Shown: positions 31,395 to 32,071 of the stretch, in pieces
Numbering within the stretch: the first letter of the stretch is position 1
How the letters are laid out: the number at the start of each line of letters is the position of its first letter
Source of the DNA: Nemertoderma westbladi
Taxonomy: Eukaryota > Animalia > Xenacoelomorpha
Assembly: GCA_032718475.1 (NCBI GenBank)
Contig: JAUCBJ010000664.1
Coordinates: 1 to 32,071, forward strand
Reading direction: 5' to 3'
Length of the DNA: 32,071 nucleotides
Notes under the pieces: generated by a model
Databases searched by the model: none
Seen by the model: only the letters and a program-made list of their open reading frames with translations
Told to the model about the DNA's origin: nothing
Program-made: the position numbers and the translations under genes

Positions 31395-32071
31395 ATTAAT
31401 CATCATGTTAAATAATTATTTTATAGTTTTATGATTACTTTAATGTCACCCACCTCCTTCACATGGAATCTGGGACCTAAATATCAAGCAATAGTGACTC
31501 CTAATGCGTGAGCGAAGAAACCAAAGCGCTTAGCGGTCTAGCGGATAAGCAAAGTGAAAAGTTTTAATAAAATTAGAACATCTCAGAGTACAAAAACAAT
31601 TTTTTTACCAAATGTTATCGTCCATCCAGGGAGTGTGTGCACGAAATATCAAGCCAGTTCACCGAAAGCAGCAAAGGTTATTGCCAATCAAAGTTTCTAG
31701 GTCTCCGCGAAGCCAAAGATGATCAATTCTTGACCATATCAGAGCAAGGTGCATCTTACGTTGAAAACTGACTTTATTTTCAGACTCAGGATCGAAAAAT
31801 ACTTCTTGGCACTCAATTTTGTGACTATTAGGTACATACATATAGTCCTATGACCAAAAAAGGCCATAACGTCTCACCCGCGAAAGCGTCATCTTAGTCG
31901 CGATAGCCGTAAATGTAGCCCGCATTGAAATGCTATAACTTTTGATTCCCTGGAGGGATTGACCTAAAATTTTCAACAACTCTTAGTTACATATTGGTAT
32001 TCAATCCCTGAAATTTTCACGAAATTCTGAGAGGGTGGGTTACATGGCCTGGATGACTTGACAAGGAATTA
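31395..32071 (-). repeat. Right terminal inverted repeat of the Sola2 element
   Basis: The window ends ...ttgacaaggaatta, the reverse complement of (gggg)taattcc.tgtcaa. Confidence 0.92.

Larger units (their letters stand above)
27473..32071 (+). mobile_element. Sola2-type DNA transposon, essentially full length (last ~4 bp beyond the window)
   Basis: GGGGTAATTCC terminus after AATT, ~700-bp TIRs, and a transposase with DFAENY / FSDGCAAQYKN / HGKSPADGIGG motifs preceded by CxCxxH...Cx4Cx2C. These match the described Sola2 features (GRG termini, long TIRs, 4-bp TSD). Confidence 0.85.

Overview
Eukaryotic (probably invertebrate animal) DNA made almost entirely of nested, mostly decayed transposable elements. 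No convincing host gene, rRNA, tRNA or CRISPR was found. Left to right: (1) the 5' part of a BEL/Pao LTR retrotransposon (copy A, minus, 1-3403) inserted into (2) a Penelope-like element (minus, 3404-6818) with a divergent RT, a pseudo-LTR carrying a minimal type I hammerhead ribozyme (6181-6221) and a 52-bp inverted tail; (3) a decayed hAT-like transposase; (4) an LTR-less gag fragment of the same BEL family (copy B); (5) a tRNA-headed SINE remnant; (6) a third BEL copy (C, plus, 12655-19662) with LTR, a very long low-complexity Gag, a zinc-knuckle/protease deletion, RT, RNase H and the start of integrase, joined at a 9-bp in-phase microhomology to (7) the 3' half of a Ty3/Gypsy element (RT-RH-IN-PPT-LTR), itself inserted in the 3' end of (8) an RTE-clade LINE; (9) a TA-flanked palindromic MITE; (10) a near-complete Sola2-type DNA transposon with ~700-bp TIRs and an intron-containing transposase pseudogene. 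The most novel-looking parts are the BEL family (about 1100-aa Gag extension with charged-helix and Asn-rich modules, broken at the same poly-G tract in all three copies, and no canonical PBS), the Penelope ribozyme and RT, and the BEL-Gypsy junction. All calls come from reading motifs by eye; no database searches were run.
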